Part shown: in pieces, positions 1 to 10,059 of the stretch
Layout: the number at the start of each line of letters is the position of its first letter
How positions within the stretch are numbered: position 1 is the stretch's first letter
Assembly: GCA_965248445.1 (NCBI GenBank)
Contig: CBDFJG010000003.1
Location: 864,001-928,000 of the forward strand
Origin: Planctomycetota bacterium
GTDB lineage: Bacteria > Planctomycetota > JAJSAM01 > JAJVHW01
Reading direction: 5' to 3'
DNA: 64,000 nucleotides
Translations under genes and position numbers: made by a program
The notes under the pieces: generated by a model
What the model saw: the letters and a program-made list of their open reading frames with translations, nothing else
The model's database searches: none
What the model was told of the DNA's origin: nothing

Positions 1-243
1 GCGCTCTCGCGCGACGTCCCGGTCATCGTCTCGCGGAACAGCGGAGTCTCCGAGGTGCTGGCGAACGTCCTGAAGGTCGACTTCTGGAACGTCGAGGAAC
101 TGGCCGGCCACATCCTCGCGGTGCTGCGCCGACCGGAACTCGCGCAGCGGCTCGCGGAGGGCGGCCGCGAGGAGGTCAGGGGCTTGACATGGGAGCGGCA
201 GGCCGCCCAGGTTCTCGACGTGTTCCGCGAGGTCACGCAGTGA
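1..243 (+). CDS. GT4 glycosyltransferase, C-terminal part (5' end outside window)
   Basis: Frame open from base 1: ALSRDVPVIVSRNSGVSEVL...KVDFWNVEELA...LTW, a typical GT-B/GT4 C-terminus; stop overlaps the next GTG. Confidence 0.8.
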   Translation, partial: ALSRDVPVIVSRNSGVSEVLANVLKVDFWNVEELAGHILAVLRRPELAQRLAEGGREEVRGLTWERQAAQVLDVFREVTQ

Positions 244-1466
244 CGGAAGACGGGCAGGCCGGCGCCGCCCCGGCCGGCGGGCCGACGCCCGTCTGTCTGT
301 ACTTCCACGTCCATCAGCCGTACCGCCTGCGCCGCTACTCGTTCTTCGACATCGCGCGCGAGTCGCGCTACTTCGATGACGGCGGCAACTCCATGATCGT
401 GAAGCGCGTCGCCGAGCGCTGTTACCTGCCCATGAACGCGCTGCTGATGCGACTGGTCGAGCGTCACGGCGACCGATTCCGCTGGGCGATGTCGATCACC
501 GGGACCGCTCTGACCCAGATGGCGGAGTGGGCGCCGAAGGCGCTCAACAGCTTCCGCGAACTCGCGGAGACCGGGTGTCTGGATCTCGTGTCCGAGACCT
601 CGCACCACTCGCTCGCCTTCCTGACGAACCAGGACGAATTCAGGGCGCAGGTCGAGGCGCACACGGACAGTCTGGAACGCACGTTCGGCGTCCGGCCGCA
701 CACGTTTCGCAACACCGAGCTCGTGATCGACGACCGCATCATGCGCGCAGCCGACGCGATGGGATTCAAGGCCGTGCTGGGCGAGGGCGCCGACCACCTG
801 GTCGGCTGGCGCAGCCCGATGTCCGTCTACGAAGCCGCGGGGACGCGTGGCCTGAAGGTGCTGCTGCGCAGCTACGAATTCAGCGACGACATCGCGTTCC
901 GCTTCTCGAATCGCGGCTGGAGCGAGTGGCCGCTGTCGGCGCAGAAGTTCACGCGCTGGCTGGATGACGTGCCCGCGGACGCGCAGCACATCGGCCTGTT
1001 CATGGACTACGAGACCGTCGGCGAGCACCAGTGGGAGGAGACGGGCATCTTCCACTTCATGGAGGAGATGCCGACCGAGGTGCTGGCGGGCGCGCGCTTC
1101 GCGTTCCGCACACCGTCCGAGGTGGCCGACGAGCAGCCGGCGACGGAGGTCCTCGAGATCCCCCACCCGGTGTCGTGGGCGGACGCCGAGCGCGATCTGT
1201 CCGCCTGGCTCGGCAATCCCATGCAGCGCGCCGCGCACGAAGCGCTCTACGAGCTGTACGCACCCGTCGTCGCGACCGGGTCGCCGGATCTGCTCGAACG
1301 GTGGCGCCGGCTGTCGACGTCGGACCACGTCTATTACATGTGCACGAAGGGCTGGTCGGACGGCGACGTGCACGCGTACTTCAGCCCTTACGAATCACCC
1401 CACGAAGCGCACGTCACGTTCATGAACGTGCTGGACGACCTGGCCCGCCGGGCCGGGGCTGCCTGA
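240..1466 (+). CDS. Glycoside hydrolase family 57 (alpha-amylase-like)
   Basis: GH57 motifs YFHVHQP, ETSHHSL, FRNTEL, FMDYET, SWAD, TSDH; GTG at 240 overlaps the upstream TGA. Confidence 0.9.
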   Translation: MTEDGQAGAAPAGGPTPVCLYFHVHQPYRLRRYSFFDIARESRYFDDGGNSMIVKRVAERCYLPMNALLMRLVERHGDRFRWAMSITGTALTQMAEWAPKALNSFRELAETGCLDLVSETSHHSLAFLTNQDEFRAQVEAHTDSLERTFGVRPHTFRNTELVIDDRIMRAADAMGFKAVLGEGADHLVGWRSPMSVYEAAGTRGLKVLLRSYEFSDDIAFRFSNRGWSEWPLSAQKFTRWLDDVPADAQHIGLFMDYETVGEHQWEETGIFHFMEEMPTEVLAGARFAFRTPSEVADEQPATEVLEIPHPVSWADAERDLSAWLGNPMQRAAHEALYELYAPVVATGSPDLLERWRRLSTSDHVYYMCTKGWSDGDVHAYFSPYESPHEAHVTFMNVLDDLARRAGAA

Positions 1467-1473
1467 GGACTGC

Positions 1474-4400
1474 ATGCCGGACTCGATCATCCCCGGACCC
1501 ACCCTTTTCGAGATCAGCTGGGAGGTCGCCCACCGCGTCGGCGGCATCCACACGGTCGTCTCCACCAAGGCGCGGACGCTCGCCGCGCGCTATCAGGGGG
1601 AACACCGCGACGACTACGTCGTGATCGGCCCCTGGCTGCTCGAACAGCACGATCCCGACGCGGTCCTCGACCCCGAACCTGCGTACGCGGACTTCGAGGA
1701 GTCCTGCCGCAAGCTGGGACTGCCGGTGCGCGTGGGCCGGTGGCGCGTACCGGGGCGGCCGCTCACGATCCTCGTGGAGTTCTCGTCCCTCTACGATCGC
1801 AAGGACGAGATCCTCGCCGATCTGTGGACGGAGCATCAGGTCGACTCCCTGTTCGGCGGCTGGTCGTACGTGGAGCCGGTGCTGTTCGGGCACGCCGCCG
1901 GCATGGTGATCGAGCACTGGTGGCGCGAGGTCGTGAACGGGCGCCGGCGCATCGCCGTCGTGCAGGCGCACGAGTGGATGACCGGCGCGGCGCTGATGTA
2001 CCTGTCGCGGCGGGTCCCCGAGATCGGAACCGTCTTCACGACCCACGCGACGGTCATCGGGCGCGCCGCCGCCGAGCGCGGTCTGCTCGGTGAGAACGCG
2101 CTCGGCGGCAAGACCCCGGCGGAGGCCGCCGCCGACCTCGGCGTGCGCGCCCGGCACTCCATCGAGGCGGCGTCCGCGCGACTGGCCGACGTCTTCACGA
2201 CGGTGAGCCGGATCGCAGCAGCGGAAGCCGCTGTCTTCCACGAACGCATCCCCGATCCGGTCCTGCCCAACGGCCTCGATCCCGACGTCCTCGCCGCGCG
2301 CATCGAGGGCGCCTCGCAGGAGACGGCGGCGGGCCGGCTGCGCGACGTCGCGTCACGCTTCCTCGGCGAGGACATGAGCGATGCAGCCGTCGTCTGCATG
2401 AGCGGACGCTACGAGTTCCGCAACAAGGGCATCGACGTCACGCTCGAGGCAGCCGCGGCTCTCAACCGGGAGCCGGGCCGCACGATCGTGCTGTTCCTGC
2501 TCGTGCCCGCCGGCAACTCGGGGTTGCGCCGGCGGGTGTCGGAGCGTCTCGCGGCCGCGGAGCCGGAGGGCGGCGGTCCAATCGGCATCTCGCTGCACCA
2601 CCTGCACGACTCCGACGGCGACCCGATCCTCGGGCGCTGCACCGAACTGGGCCTCGACAACGCACCCGGCTCGCGTGTGCGCATCGTGTTCTGGTCCGAC
2701 TATCTGCAGCCGGGGGACGGCATTCTCGGGCTGCGCTACGAGGCTGTGCTGCAGGGCGCCGACGCCACGTGCTTCCCGTCCTACTACGAGGCGTGGGGGT
2801 ACACGCCGCAGGAGAGCCTGGCCCTGGGCGTGCCGACCATCACCACCGACCTTGCAGGCTTCGGCCGCTGGGCGCAGGAGGAGGGTCTGGCCGGAGGCGA
2901 CTGCACGGTCGTGCTGGCACGACGGGATCGGGACGACGCCGACGTCGCCTTGGAGCTTGCCGCGACGCTCGAACGGCTGACGGACGCCGGCGTCGACCGC
3001 AAGACGCTGAACGACTGCTGTCGCACGGTCACGGCCGCCACGAACTGGTCCAAGCTGATCTCGGCGTACGACGACGCGCACGCCCGCGCCGCCGCCGCGG
3101 CGCAGGCGCGTGCGAGATCGCTGCCGGGCCCCCCGCCCAGTCATCGAGTGCCCGTGCGCTCGGCCGGTCAGAACGGTCGGCCACACGTGTTCGCACTGGA
3201 CGTCGAGACGCGCATCCCTCCGGCCATCGCGGGACTCGAGGAAATCGCGTCGAACTGGTGGTGGACGTCGGATGCGGCCGCGACGGCACTGTTCGAGGAG
3301 GTCTGCCCGGCGACCTGGGAGCGCGTCCGGCGCGCACCGATCCGGCTGCTGCGCGAGACGCAGCCCGCACGTCTCGAGGAACTGGCCTCGGACACCGAGT
3401 TCGTGGCGCGCGTCGACGAGACGGTCTCGCGTCTGCGGGCGTACCGCTCGCAAGCGCTGGACGAGCGCAACGTGTCGGCGCACCGGCCGGTCGCGTACGT
3501 CTGCGCCGAGTTCGGGCTCCACGAGTCGTTCCCGATCTACAGCGGCGGCCTCGGCGTGCTGGCCGGCGACCACCTCCGCGCGGCGAGCGACCTGGGCGTG
3601 CCGCTCGTCGCAGTCGGCCTGCTCTACAGGGCCGGCTACATGCGTCAGCGCCTGCGCGGGGGCATTCAGCAGGAGACCGAACCCGAGCGCGTGGATCCCG
3701 CCGACCTCCCTCTCACTGCCGCCGTAGACGCCGATGGCCGACCCGTCGAGGTCACGCTGCAACTGCCCGGCAGCGAGGTCGTCCTGCGCGCGTGGCGCAC
3801 GGACGTCGGCCGCGTACCGCTCTACCTGCTGGACGCCGACGTGCCGTCGAACCGGCAGGATGATCGGACCCTCACGCGGTCGTTGTACGACGGCGACCAG
3901 AGCATGCGTATTCGCCAGGAGATCGTGCTCGGTCTTGGCAGCGTACGGCTGCTGCGTGCCCTCGGCATCGAGCCGAGCGTTTACCACGTCAACGAGGGCC
4001 ACGGCGCGTTCACGGCGCTCGAGCGCGTGCACTGGCTCTTGCGGAACACGGGACTCAGCTTCGAGACCGCGCACGAGACCGTCCGCGCCACGACCGTCTT
4101 CACGACGCACACGCCCGTGCCCGCCGGACACGATGAATTCCCCGAAGACCTCGTGCGACGGTACTTCGGACACGCCGACCGCTGGTCCGGCGTGCCCTGG
4201 GAGCGCTTCATGGCTCTCGGAGAGGCAGTCGACAAGCCGGGCCAGTTCAACATGACCGGCCTGGCAGTGCGCTTCGCCGCGCGCGTCAACGGCGTGAGCG
4301 AGAGGCACGCCGAGGTGTCGCGGCCGCTGCTGCAGCGGTTTGCGCCGCAACTCATGGCAAGCGAGGTGCCGGTCCACTCCGTCACCAACGGCGTGCACCT

Positions 4401-5706
4401 CGGGCTGTGGACGCGGCCCGCGACGCGCGACGCCCTCGGCGCGTCGCGGTTCGATACGCTTGCCGATGCGTTCCGCGGCGCGACCGATTCGAGTGACGCT
4501 GCGCTCTGGCAGATGCGTGAGACGCTACGCAGCGACCTCCGCACGCACCTGATCGCGCACCTGCACAAGTCGTTCGCAGAACAGGGCGATTCGCCGGCGC
4601 TGCTCGGGCGCATCGAGGAGCAGCTGAAGCCGGACGCGCTCTACATCGGGTTCGCGCGGCGCTTCGCGACGTACAAGCGCGCAGGCCTCGTGTTCAGCGA
4701 GCCGGACCGCCTGCTCGACCTCCTCGACGATCCGGACCGGCCGGTGCGGCTTGTCATCGCGGGCAAGGCGCACCCGCGCGACACGGAGGCGCAGGAACTG
4801 CTCGCGCGCATCGGCACTCTCGCGCGTGACCCGCGATTCGTGGGACGCGTGATCGTGCTCGAGAACTACGACATGGGGGTCGCCCGCTGGCTCGTCGCGG
4901 GCGTGGACCTCTGGCTGAACACACCGAGGCGCCCCCTCGAGGCGAGTGGCACATCCGGGATGAAGGCGGCGGCCAACGGGGTCCTGAACCTGTCCGTCGG
5001 CGACGGCTGGTGGCTCGAGGGCGCCGACGGCGCCAACGGCTGGACCATCGGAGGCGATCACGGGCGGGACGCGACACCGGCGAACGATGCGCTGCACGAC
5101 GCGCACGACGCGACCAGCCTTCTCGGCCTCCTGCGGCACGAGGTGATCCCCGCGTTCTTCGAGCGCGACCAGCACGGACGGCCACCCGCGTGGCTGGCGC
5201 TCGTGCGCCGGTGCCTCGTCTCGCTGCCGCCGGCATTCGACGCCGCCCGGATGGTTGCGGAGTACCGCGAGTGGGCGTACGAACCGCTCGCGTCGGCCCA
5301 CGCGGACCTGGCACGCGACCGTTACAACGGCGCACGCGACGCTTTCCACGACCTGGAACGCGTCCGCCGCACGCTTCCGGCTGCGCGGATCACGTCGGCG
5401 TCCATCGGCGATGCGCACAGCGTCACCGTCGGCGACCGCCTGGAGGTCGAAGTCGAGATCGAACTCGGAGAACTCACCGACGGCGACGTCGTCGTCGAGG
5501 CGCTCGTCGGCCGCCGCGCGGACGACGGCGGCTTGGCCGAGGTCGAAGCCGTCCGCCTGACTCCGGACGGCGTGTCCGCCGCCGGCCACGCCCGCTACGT
5601 GGGAGCGTTGACCCCCCGCGAAGCGGGAGCCCTCGGGTATGCCGTGCGCATCCGACCCGACCGCGCCGGCGGCCCCGCGTTCGACGACCCCGTCGTCTGG
5701 GCCTGA
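1474..5706 (+). CDS. glgP: Fused GT3-type glycogen synthase-like domain and GT35 alpha-glucan phosphorylase
   Basis: N-half: FEISWEVAHRVGGIHTV, HEWMTG, GRYEFRNKG, SYYEAWGYTP. C-half: YSGGLGVLAGDH, NEGH, FARRFATYKR, EASGTSGMK (PLP lysine). Confidence 0.9.
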   Translation: MPDSIIPGPTLFEISWEVAHRVGGIHTVVSTKARTLAARYQGEHRDDYVVIGPWLLEQHDPDAVLDPEPAYADFEESCRKLGLPVRVGRWRVPGRPLTILVEFSSLYDRKDEILADLWTEHQVDSLFGGWSYVEPVLFGHAAGMVIEHWWREVVNGRRRIAVVQAHEWMTGAALMYLSRRVPEIGTVFTTHATVIGRAAAERGLLGENALGGKTPAEAAADLGVRARHSIEAASARLADVFTTVSRIAAAEAAVFHERIPDPVLPNGLDPDVLAARIEGASQETAAGRLRDVASRFLGEDMSDAAVVCMSGRYEFRNKGIDVTLEAAAALNREPGRTIVLFLLVPAGNSGLRRRVSERLAAAEPEGGGPIGISLHHLHDSDGDPILGRCTELGLDNAPGSRVRIVFWSDYLQPGDGILGLRYEAVLQGADATCFPSYYEAWGYTPQESLALGVPTITTDLAGFGRWAQEEGLAGGDCTVVLARRDRDDADVALELAATLERLTDAGVDRKTLNDCCRTVTAATNWSKLISAYDDAHARAAAAAQARARSLPGPPPSHRVPVRSAGQNGRPHVFALDVETRIPPAIAGLEEIASNWWWTSDAAATALFEEVCPATWERVRRAPIRLLRETQPARLEELASDTEFVARVDETVSRLRAYRSQALDERNVSAHRPVAYVCAEFGLHESFPIYSGGLGVLAGDHLRAASDLGVPLVAVGLLYRAGYMRQRLRGGIQQETEPERVDPADLPLTAAVDADGRPVEVTLQLPGSEVVLRAWRTDVGRVPLYLLDADVPSNRQDDRTLTRSLYDGDQSMRIRQEIVLGLGSVRLLRALGIEPSVYHVNEGHGAFTALERVHWLLRNTGLSFETAHETVRATTVFTTHTPVPAGHDEFPEDLVRRYFGHADRWSGVPWERFMALGEAVDKPGQFNMTGLAVRFAARVNGVSERHAEVSRPLLQRFAPQLMASEVPVHSVTNGVHLGLWTRPATRDALGASRFDTLADAFRGATDSSDAALWQMRETLRSDLRTHLIAHLHKSFAEQGDSPALLGRIEEQLKPDALYIGFARRFATYKRAGLVFSEPDRLLDLLDDPDRPVRLVIAGKAHPRDTEAQELLARIGTLARDPRFVGRVIVLENYDMGVARWLVAGVDLWLNTPRRPLEASGTSGMKAAANGVLNLSVGDGWWLEGADGANGWTIGGDHGRDATPANDALHDAHDATSLLGLLRHEVIPAFFERDQHGRPPAWLALVRRCLVSLPPAFDAARMVAEYREWAYEPLASAHADLARDRYNGARDAFHDLERVRRTLPAARITSASIGDAHSVTVGDRLEVEVEIELGELTDGDVVVEALVGRRADDGGLAEVEAVRLTPDGVSAAGHARYVGALTPREAGALGYAVRIRPDRAGGPAFDDPVVWA

Positions 5707-5736
5707 CCCCGCCATACCGAGACCGGTGACATGCGG

Positions 5737-6981
5737 CTACTCGTAGCGCAGCAGCCGGTGCGCAAGCTCTGCGTCGCGATCGACCTGCGCCAGGCTCTCG
5801 TGGACCAGGTAGAGCTCCCACGCCGCCGAGTCGAGGTCGCGGGTCAGTGGCGCCCGCGTCCCGGTCGGACGCAGCTTCCCGAAATCGTCGAAGGACGGGA
5901 GCGCGCGCACGTCGTCGGCGCCGAGCACGCGCCGGATGCGCGGCAGCTCGCGGGGTTGGATGCCGTGCACGACACGCGCTTCGAGCCGGTCATACCGCTC
6001 GAGATTGACGTCGCTCGACCTGAGCGGCATGTCGGCGAGGTAGTGGCACGCGGCCAATTCGAGCAGGTTGCGGCCGTGCAACTTCGATGCGAGGATCGCC
6101 AGGTTCCCGCCCGAGAAGCGTGCTCCGACCTCGATGAGACAAGGGCCGCGGTCGTCGACCTTGACCTCCATGTGAATCGGGCAGCGCCGCAGGCCGAGCG
6201 TCTCGACGACCTGCGCCGCGTAGGCACTCACGCGGCCGAACGCCGGCGCGGCCGTCCCGATCTTGAACGTCTGATAGAAGAGATTTGGGATGCCGTGGCT
6301 CGCACGGCGGTCGTAGACCCAGACGTCCGTCACGAGCACGTTGCTCGCCGCGTCCACCAGGCCGTTGATCACGAACTCCTCCCCACCGACGAACTCCTCC
6401 AGCAGCACCTCGCCGCTGCCGCTCTCGAGCACGCGCTGGCAGTCTCGGAGCAGTGCCTGGTCGGTCGCCGGGAAATAGACGTCCTCCGAACCCGAGCCGG
6501 CCGTGGGTTTGACGACGATGGGCCAACGCCCCAGCCGCCGCTGGAACGCGAGGGCGTCCTCGCCGCCGGTGGCGACGGCAGATGCATTCACACGGGCGCT
6601 CCCGTGCTCGCGCAGCCACGCCTTCATCACCGCCTTGTCCCGGCATCGCTCCATCACGCGCACTGAGTTCCAGTCGAGACCGAGGAGATCGCTCAGTCGG
6701 GCACCGTGCAGCACGGTCTCCTCGTCCCACGGGATGACGCCCTCGAGCACGGGGAAGTGCGCGTGGATCTCGGCGGCCAGCGCGCGCGTGCTCGGGAACT
6801 GCGCGGCCCGGTAAGTGGCGACGACGTACTCGCCCAGCTCCCGCGACCACTTGTCGCGCCAGAGGACGTACCGCATCTCGTCGGTGAACACGGCGACCGC
6901 GGCCTTGCCCACGCTGCCGCCCAGGAACTGCAGCAGTTCCCGCGGGTACTGGCCGACGGGGTCGAGGATCAGGTACGGCAT
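5737..6981 (-). CDS. ATP-grasp domain protein (L-amino-acid ligase-like)
   Basis: RDKAVMK, PIVVKPTAGSGS, LLEEFVGGEEF, HMEVK...LIEVGARFSGG. Confidence 0.85.
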   Translation of the reverse strand: MPYLILDPVGQYPRELLQFLGGSVGKAAVAVFTDEMRYVLWRDKWSRELGEYVVATYRAAQFPSTRALAAEIHAHFPVLEGVIPWDEETVLHGARLSDLLGLDWNSVRVMERCRDKAVMKAWLREHGSARVNASAVATGGEDALAFQRRLGRWPIVVKPTAGSGSEDVYFPATDQALLRDCQRVLESGSGEVLLEEFVGGEEFVINGLVDAASNVLVTDVWVYDRRASHGIPNLFYQTFKIGTAAPAFGRVSAYAAQVVETLGLRRCPIHMEVKVDDRGPCLIEVGARFSGGNLAILASKLHGRNLLELAACHYLADMPLRSSDVNLERYDRLEARVVHGIQPRELPRIRRVLGADDVRALPSFDDFGKLRPTGTRAPLTRDLDSAAWELYLVHESLAQVDRDAELAHRLLRYE

Positions 6982-6989
6982 AGTTCCGT

Positions 6990-8231
6990 TCAGACGTACC
7001 GAAGGAGATCACGGGCGGCAACAGCATCTGCCGCCACCTGCTCGGCGTCGGGATGCAGCAGGTAGATCTCCCACGCCTTCGTGTTCACATCGCGGCTGAC
7101 GGGCACGCACATGCCCGGCCGGCGCAACATCCCGACTCCGGCGAACGACGGAAGGGCCTCAACCTCGTCCAGCCCCACAACGTCGGCGACCCGCGGCACC
7201 TCCTCCTCCTGGATGCCGCTCAGGATGCGTGCGGACATGGCGTCGTAGTGCTCGTAGTCCACGTCGTGCGGTGAGATGCGGATGTCGTCGAGGTAGTGGC
7301 ACGTCGCGAGTTCGAACAGGCTGTGCCGGTGCAGCTTCGACGCAAGCATCGCCTGGTTGCCCCCGGCGAAGCGGGCCCCGACCTCGATCAGGCACGGGCC
7401 GTCGGCGTCGACCTTCGCTTCCATGTGGAACGGCGAGCGCCGCAGGCCGAGCGCCTGCACGACTTCGGTGGCGTAGTCGGCGAGCGAGTCGAACACCTCC
7501 GCGTCGCTGCCGACCTTGATCGACTCGAAGTAGAGGTTCTTCTCACCGTGGCTGTCGCGCTTGTCGTACCACCAGACGTCGGTGATCAACACCTCGCCCG
7601 CGTGATCGACGAGGCCGTTGATCGCGTACTCCTGACCGCCGACGTACTCCTCGAGGAGCACTTCGCCGAGGCCGCGCTCCCTCACGCTCGCGCAGCCGTC
7701 GATCAGTTCGGCCTCGCTGTTCGCGAAGAAGACGCTCATGGAGCCGGCACCCCCGCTCGGCTTCACCACGATCGGCCAGGCGCCAACTGCCTCCTGGAAC
7801 TGGAGCGCTTCCTCGTCCTCGGCCACGACACGCGAGCGGTTGACGCGCACGTTCCCGTGGTCACGCAGGTACGCCTTCATGAGCGATTTGTCGCGGAAGC
7901 GCTCGATGACCTCGCGCGTGTTCCAGTCGAGTTGCAGCCGTTCGTTGATGTCGGCTGCCAGGAGGATGTGTGTCTCGTCCCACGCGACGATCCCGAAGAA
8001 ACCGCCGGGGAACTCGGCCTTCAAGGCGTCGGTCAGTTCACCCAGCCGTTCGCGGTCCACGGCATGCTCGGCGACCACGTTCTCGCTCAGCAGGCGGCGC
8101 CACTTGTACTCCCACATCGCCTGTCGCTTCGGCGACGACAGCAGCACCACCGCCTCGAGTCCCATCCTGTCCAAGAACTGCTTCTGGTTCGCAGCGTACG
8201 TGTCGGTCGGGTCGAGGATGAGGTACGGCAT
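6990..8231 (-). CDS. ATP-grasp domain protein (paralog of 5737-6981)
   Basis: Same MPYLILDP start; RDKSLMK, VVKPSGGAGS, EEYVGG, LIEVGARFAGG. Confidence 0.85.
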   Translation of the reverse strand: MPYLILDPTDTYAANQKQFLDRMGLEAVVLLSSPKRQAMWEYKWRRLLSENVVAEHAVDRERLGELTDALKAEFPGGFFGIVAWDETHILLAADINERLQLDWNTREVIERFRDKSLMKAYLRDHGNVRVNRSRVVAEDEEALQFQEAVGAWPIVVKPSGGAGSMSVFFANSEAELIDGCASVRERGLGEVLLEEYVGGQEYAINGLVDHAGEVLITDVWWYDKRDSHGEKNLYFESIKVGSDAEVFDSLADYATEVVQALGLRRSPFHMEAKVDADGPCLIEVGARFAGGNQAMLASKLHRHSLFELATCHYLDDIRISPHDVDYEHYDAMSARILSGIQEEEVPRVADVVGLDEVEALPSFAGVGMLRRPGMCVPVSRDVNTKAWEIYLLHPDAEQVAADAVAARDLLRYV

Positions 8232-8238
8232 CTCAGGA

Positions 8239-9465
8239 TCAGCCCACGTGGATCTCCAGCCGCTCCCCGGCGTACGTCAGCAACTCCCGCAGCGTGTCGT
8301 AGTCGGGGTGGCGCAGGCGGAACCAGACGTTGTTGAGATAGCCCTTGTGGATCGGGTCGGTGGGCGTGCCGCGGCCCGGCAGGCGCCGATCCCAGACCCA
8401 CGGGCCGATCTTTGCGGCCACCTCGCGCAGTCCTCCGTACCCGAGGATCCGGCCGTCCTTCTGAGGGCGCACCTGCACCGATCCGGTGGCGAACCGCCGA
8501 CTGGGCTTCTTGGCCCGCCGTCCGTGCAGCGTGACCGCCGCCCACTCGAACCAGGTGTCGATGTCGTTTCCCGCGGAGTAGAGGTCCCAGATCCGTTCGC
8601 CGGGGGGCCGGGCACCGATCTCGGAGAACTTCAGCCCCTTGGGGCCGAAGAACCACTCCATGTGCGTCGCAGCGGTGCCGATGCCGAGCGCCTGGATCAC
8701 CTTGCGTCCCATCACGCGCAGTTCGTCGTAACTGTCCAGTTCGACGCGGTTCGTCGACATGATCAGCGGCGAGAGCCGCCGGTCGCTCAGCGCCTCGAGC
8801 ACGCTCGGGTAGTAGTGCGAGATGAACTCGTGCTCCGGCACGCCGTCCACCGAGATCGTGTCGTAGAAGCCTTCGTGGCCCTCGACGAACTCCTCGATCG
8901 CGACGGATTCGCCACGGTGCACGTTCAGGCTGACCGCGGCCTGCTCGAGTTCGACCACGTTGTCGACGCGGTGAGTGCCGAGTCCGCCGAGCGCGGACCG
9001 CGGCTTCAGGATCAGCGGGAACCCCTCACGCTCCGCGAACGCGTGCAGTTCGCGCTTCGACGACACGGCCGCCGAGGCGGCACACGGCACGCCGGCTGCG
9101 CGCAGCGCCGCCTTCATCGCCGGCTTGTCGCGGCAGAGCGTCGCCGAACGGACGGAGAGACCCGGCAGTTCCAGCGCCTCGCGCACCTTCGCGACGTGGG
9201 TGACGATCGCCTCGTCCCCCGTCTCCACGAGATCAACTGAGCGGACGCGATCGACTCCGCGCACCGCATCGAACACCGCTCCCGCGTCGAGCAGACTCGG
9301 CACGTGGACGTAGTGATCGAGACACGGCTTGAGCTCCGGGTCGAGCCGGGACTGCGGCGTGTGGCCGATTCCGGTCACCAGCGCACCGGCCTGTTTCAGG
9401 CCGCGCACCATGTCCGCATAGGCGGAGTAGAGGTCCGGTCCGACGAACGCAACGTGCTTTGTCAT
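8239..9465 (-). CDS. ATP-grasp domain protein (more divergent)
   Basis: RDKPAMK, LILKPRSALG, EEFVEGHEGFYD, HMEWF, EIGARPPG; ATG at 9465 (MTKHVAF). Confidence 0.85.
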   Translation of the reverse strand: MTKHVAFVGPDLYSAYADMVRGLKQAGALVTGIGHTPQSRLDPELKPCLDHYVHVPSLLDAGAVFDAVRGVDRVRSVDLVETGDEAIVTHVAKVREALELPGLSVRSATLCRDKPAMKAALRAAGVPCAASAAVSSKRELHAFAEREGFPLILKPRSALGGLGTHRVDNVVELEQAAVSLNVHRGESVAIEEFVEGHEGFYDTISVDGVPEHEFISHYYPSVLEALSDRRLSPLIMSTNRVELDSYDELRVMGRKVIQALGIGTAATHMEWFFGPKGLKFSEIGARPPGERIWDLYSAGNDIDTWFEWAAVTLHGRRAKKPSRRFATGSVQVRPQKDGRILGYGGLREVAAKIGPWVWDRRLPGRGTPTDPIHKGYLNNVWFRLRHPDYDTLRELLTYAGERLEIHVG

Positions 9466-9549
9466 GGGCAACCGCGCAGTCGAACCGAACGCTCTGAGCG
9501 GCAGCAACTTCTTCGCCGCGCGAGCCCGGACACCGCCCAGCCGGCGGCG

Positions 9550-9879
9550 CTAGAGGTGCAGGATGCGCTCGGACTTGGTGACGCTGATCCGCTTGATCCG
9601 GTCAAACGGGATGTACTGCTTCACGGGCTCGGCGGCGACCTTGCGGCCGGCCGCCGTGAACTCTGTGACGACCACGATGTGATCCGAGCCCATCGCCGTG
9701 GCTTTCGCCTTGTAGAAGCCCGTGCGCAGGGAGTAGCCCACCGGCGCTCCCTCGTACGACTCCGGGTTCACGACCGTGACCGGGCCGCCGACCAGCGAAT
9801 TCAGGATGTCGCGGTAGCTCCGTGTGTCGGTCGCCGACTTGGTGGCGCTGATGCCCGTGCGTGCTGTGTCCTCACTCAT
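9550..9879 (-). CDS. Small hypothetical protein
   Basis: AAGGAGGA RBS upstream of ATG 9879; GC3-rich codons. Confidence 0.6.
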   Translation of the reverse strand: MSEDTARTGISATKSATDTRSYRDILNSLVGGPVTVVNPESYEGAPVGYSLRTGFYKAKATAMGSDHIVVVTEFTAAGRKVAAEPVKQYIPFDRIKRISVTKSERILHL

Positions 9880-10059
9880 CGTCTTTCCTCCTTGGGCGGG
9901 CGATCCTACGGTCCTCGGCGCCCGCGCGCGACTTCGAGGTCTCATCCGCTGCACTCTCCGCCCCGAGGCGTGAGATGGCCAAGCGGAAGGCCGACGACGA
10001 GGCTCTGGGGTCGCTGTTCCGCGGATCAGGCAAGGGAGCCCGCTGCAGGTGAGGCAGGG

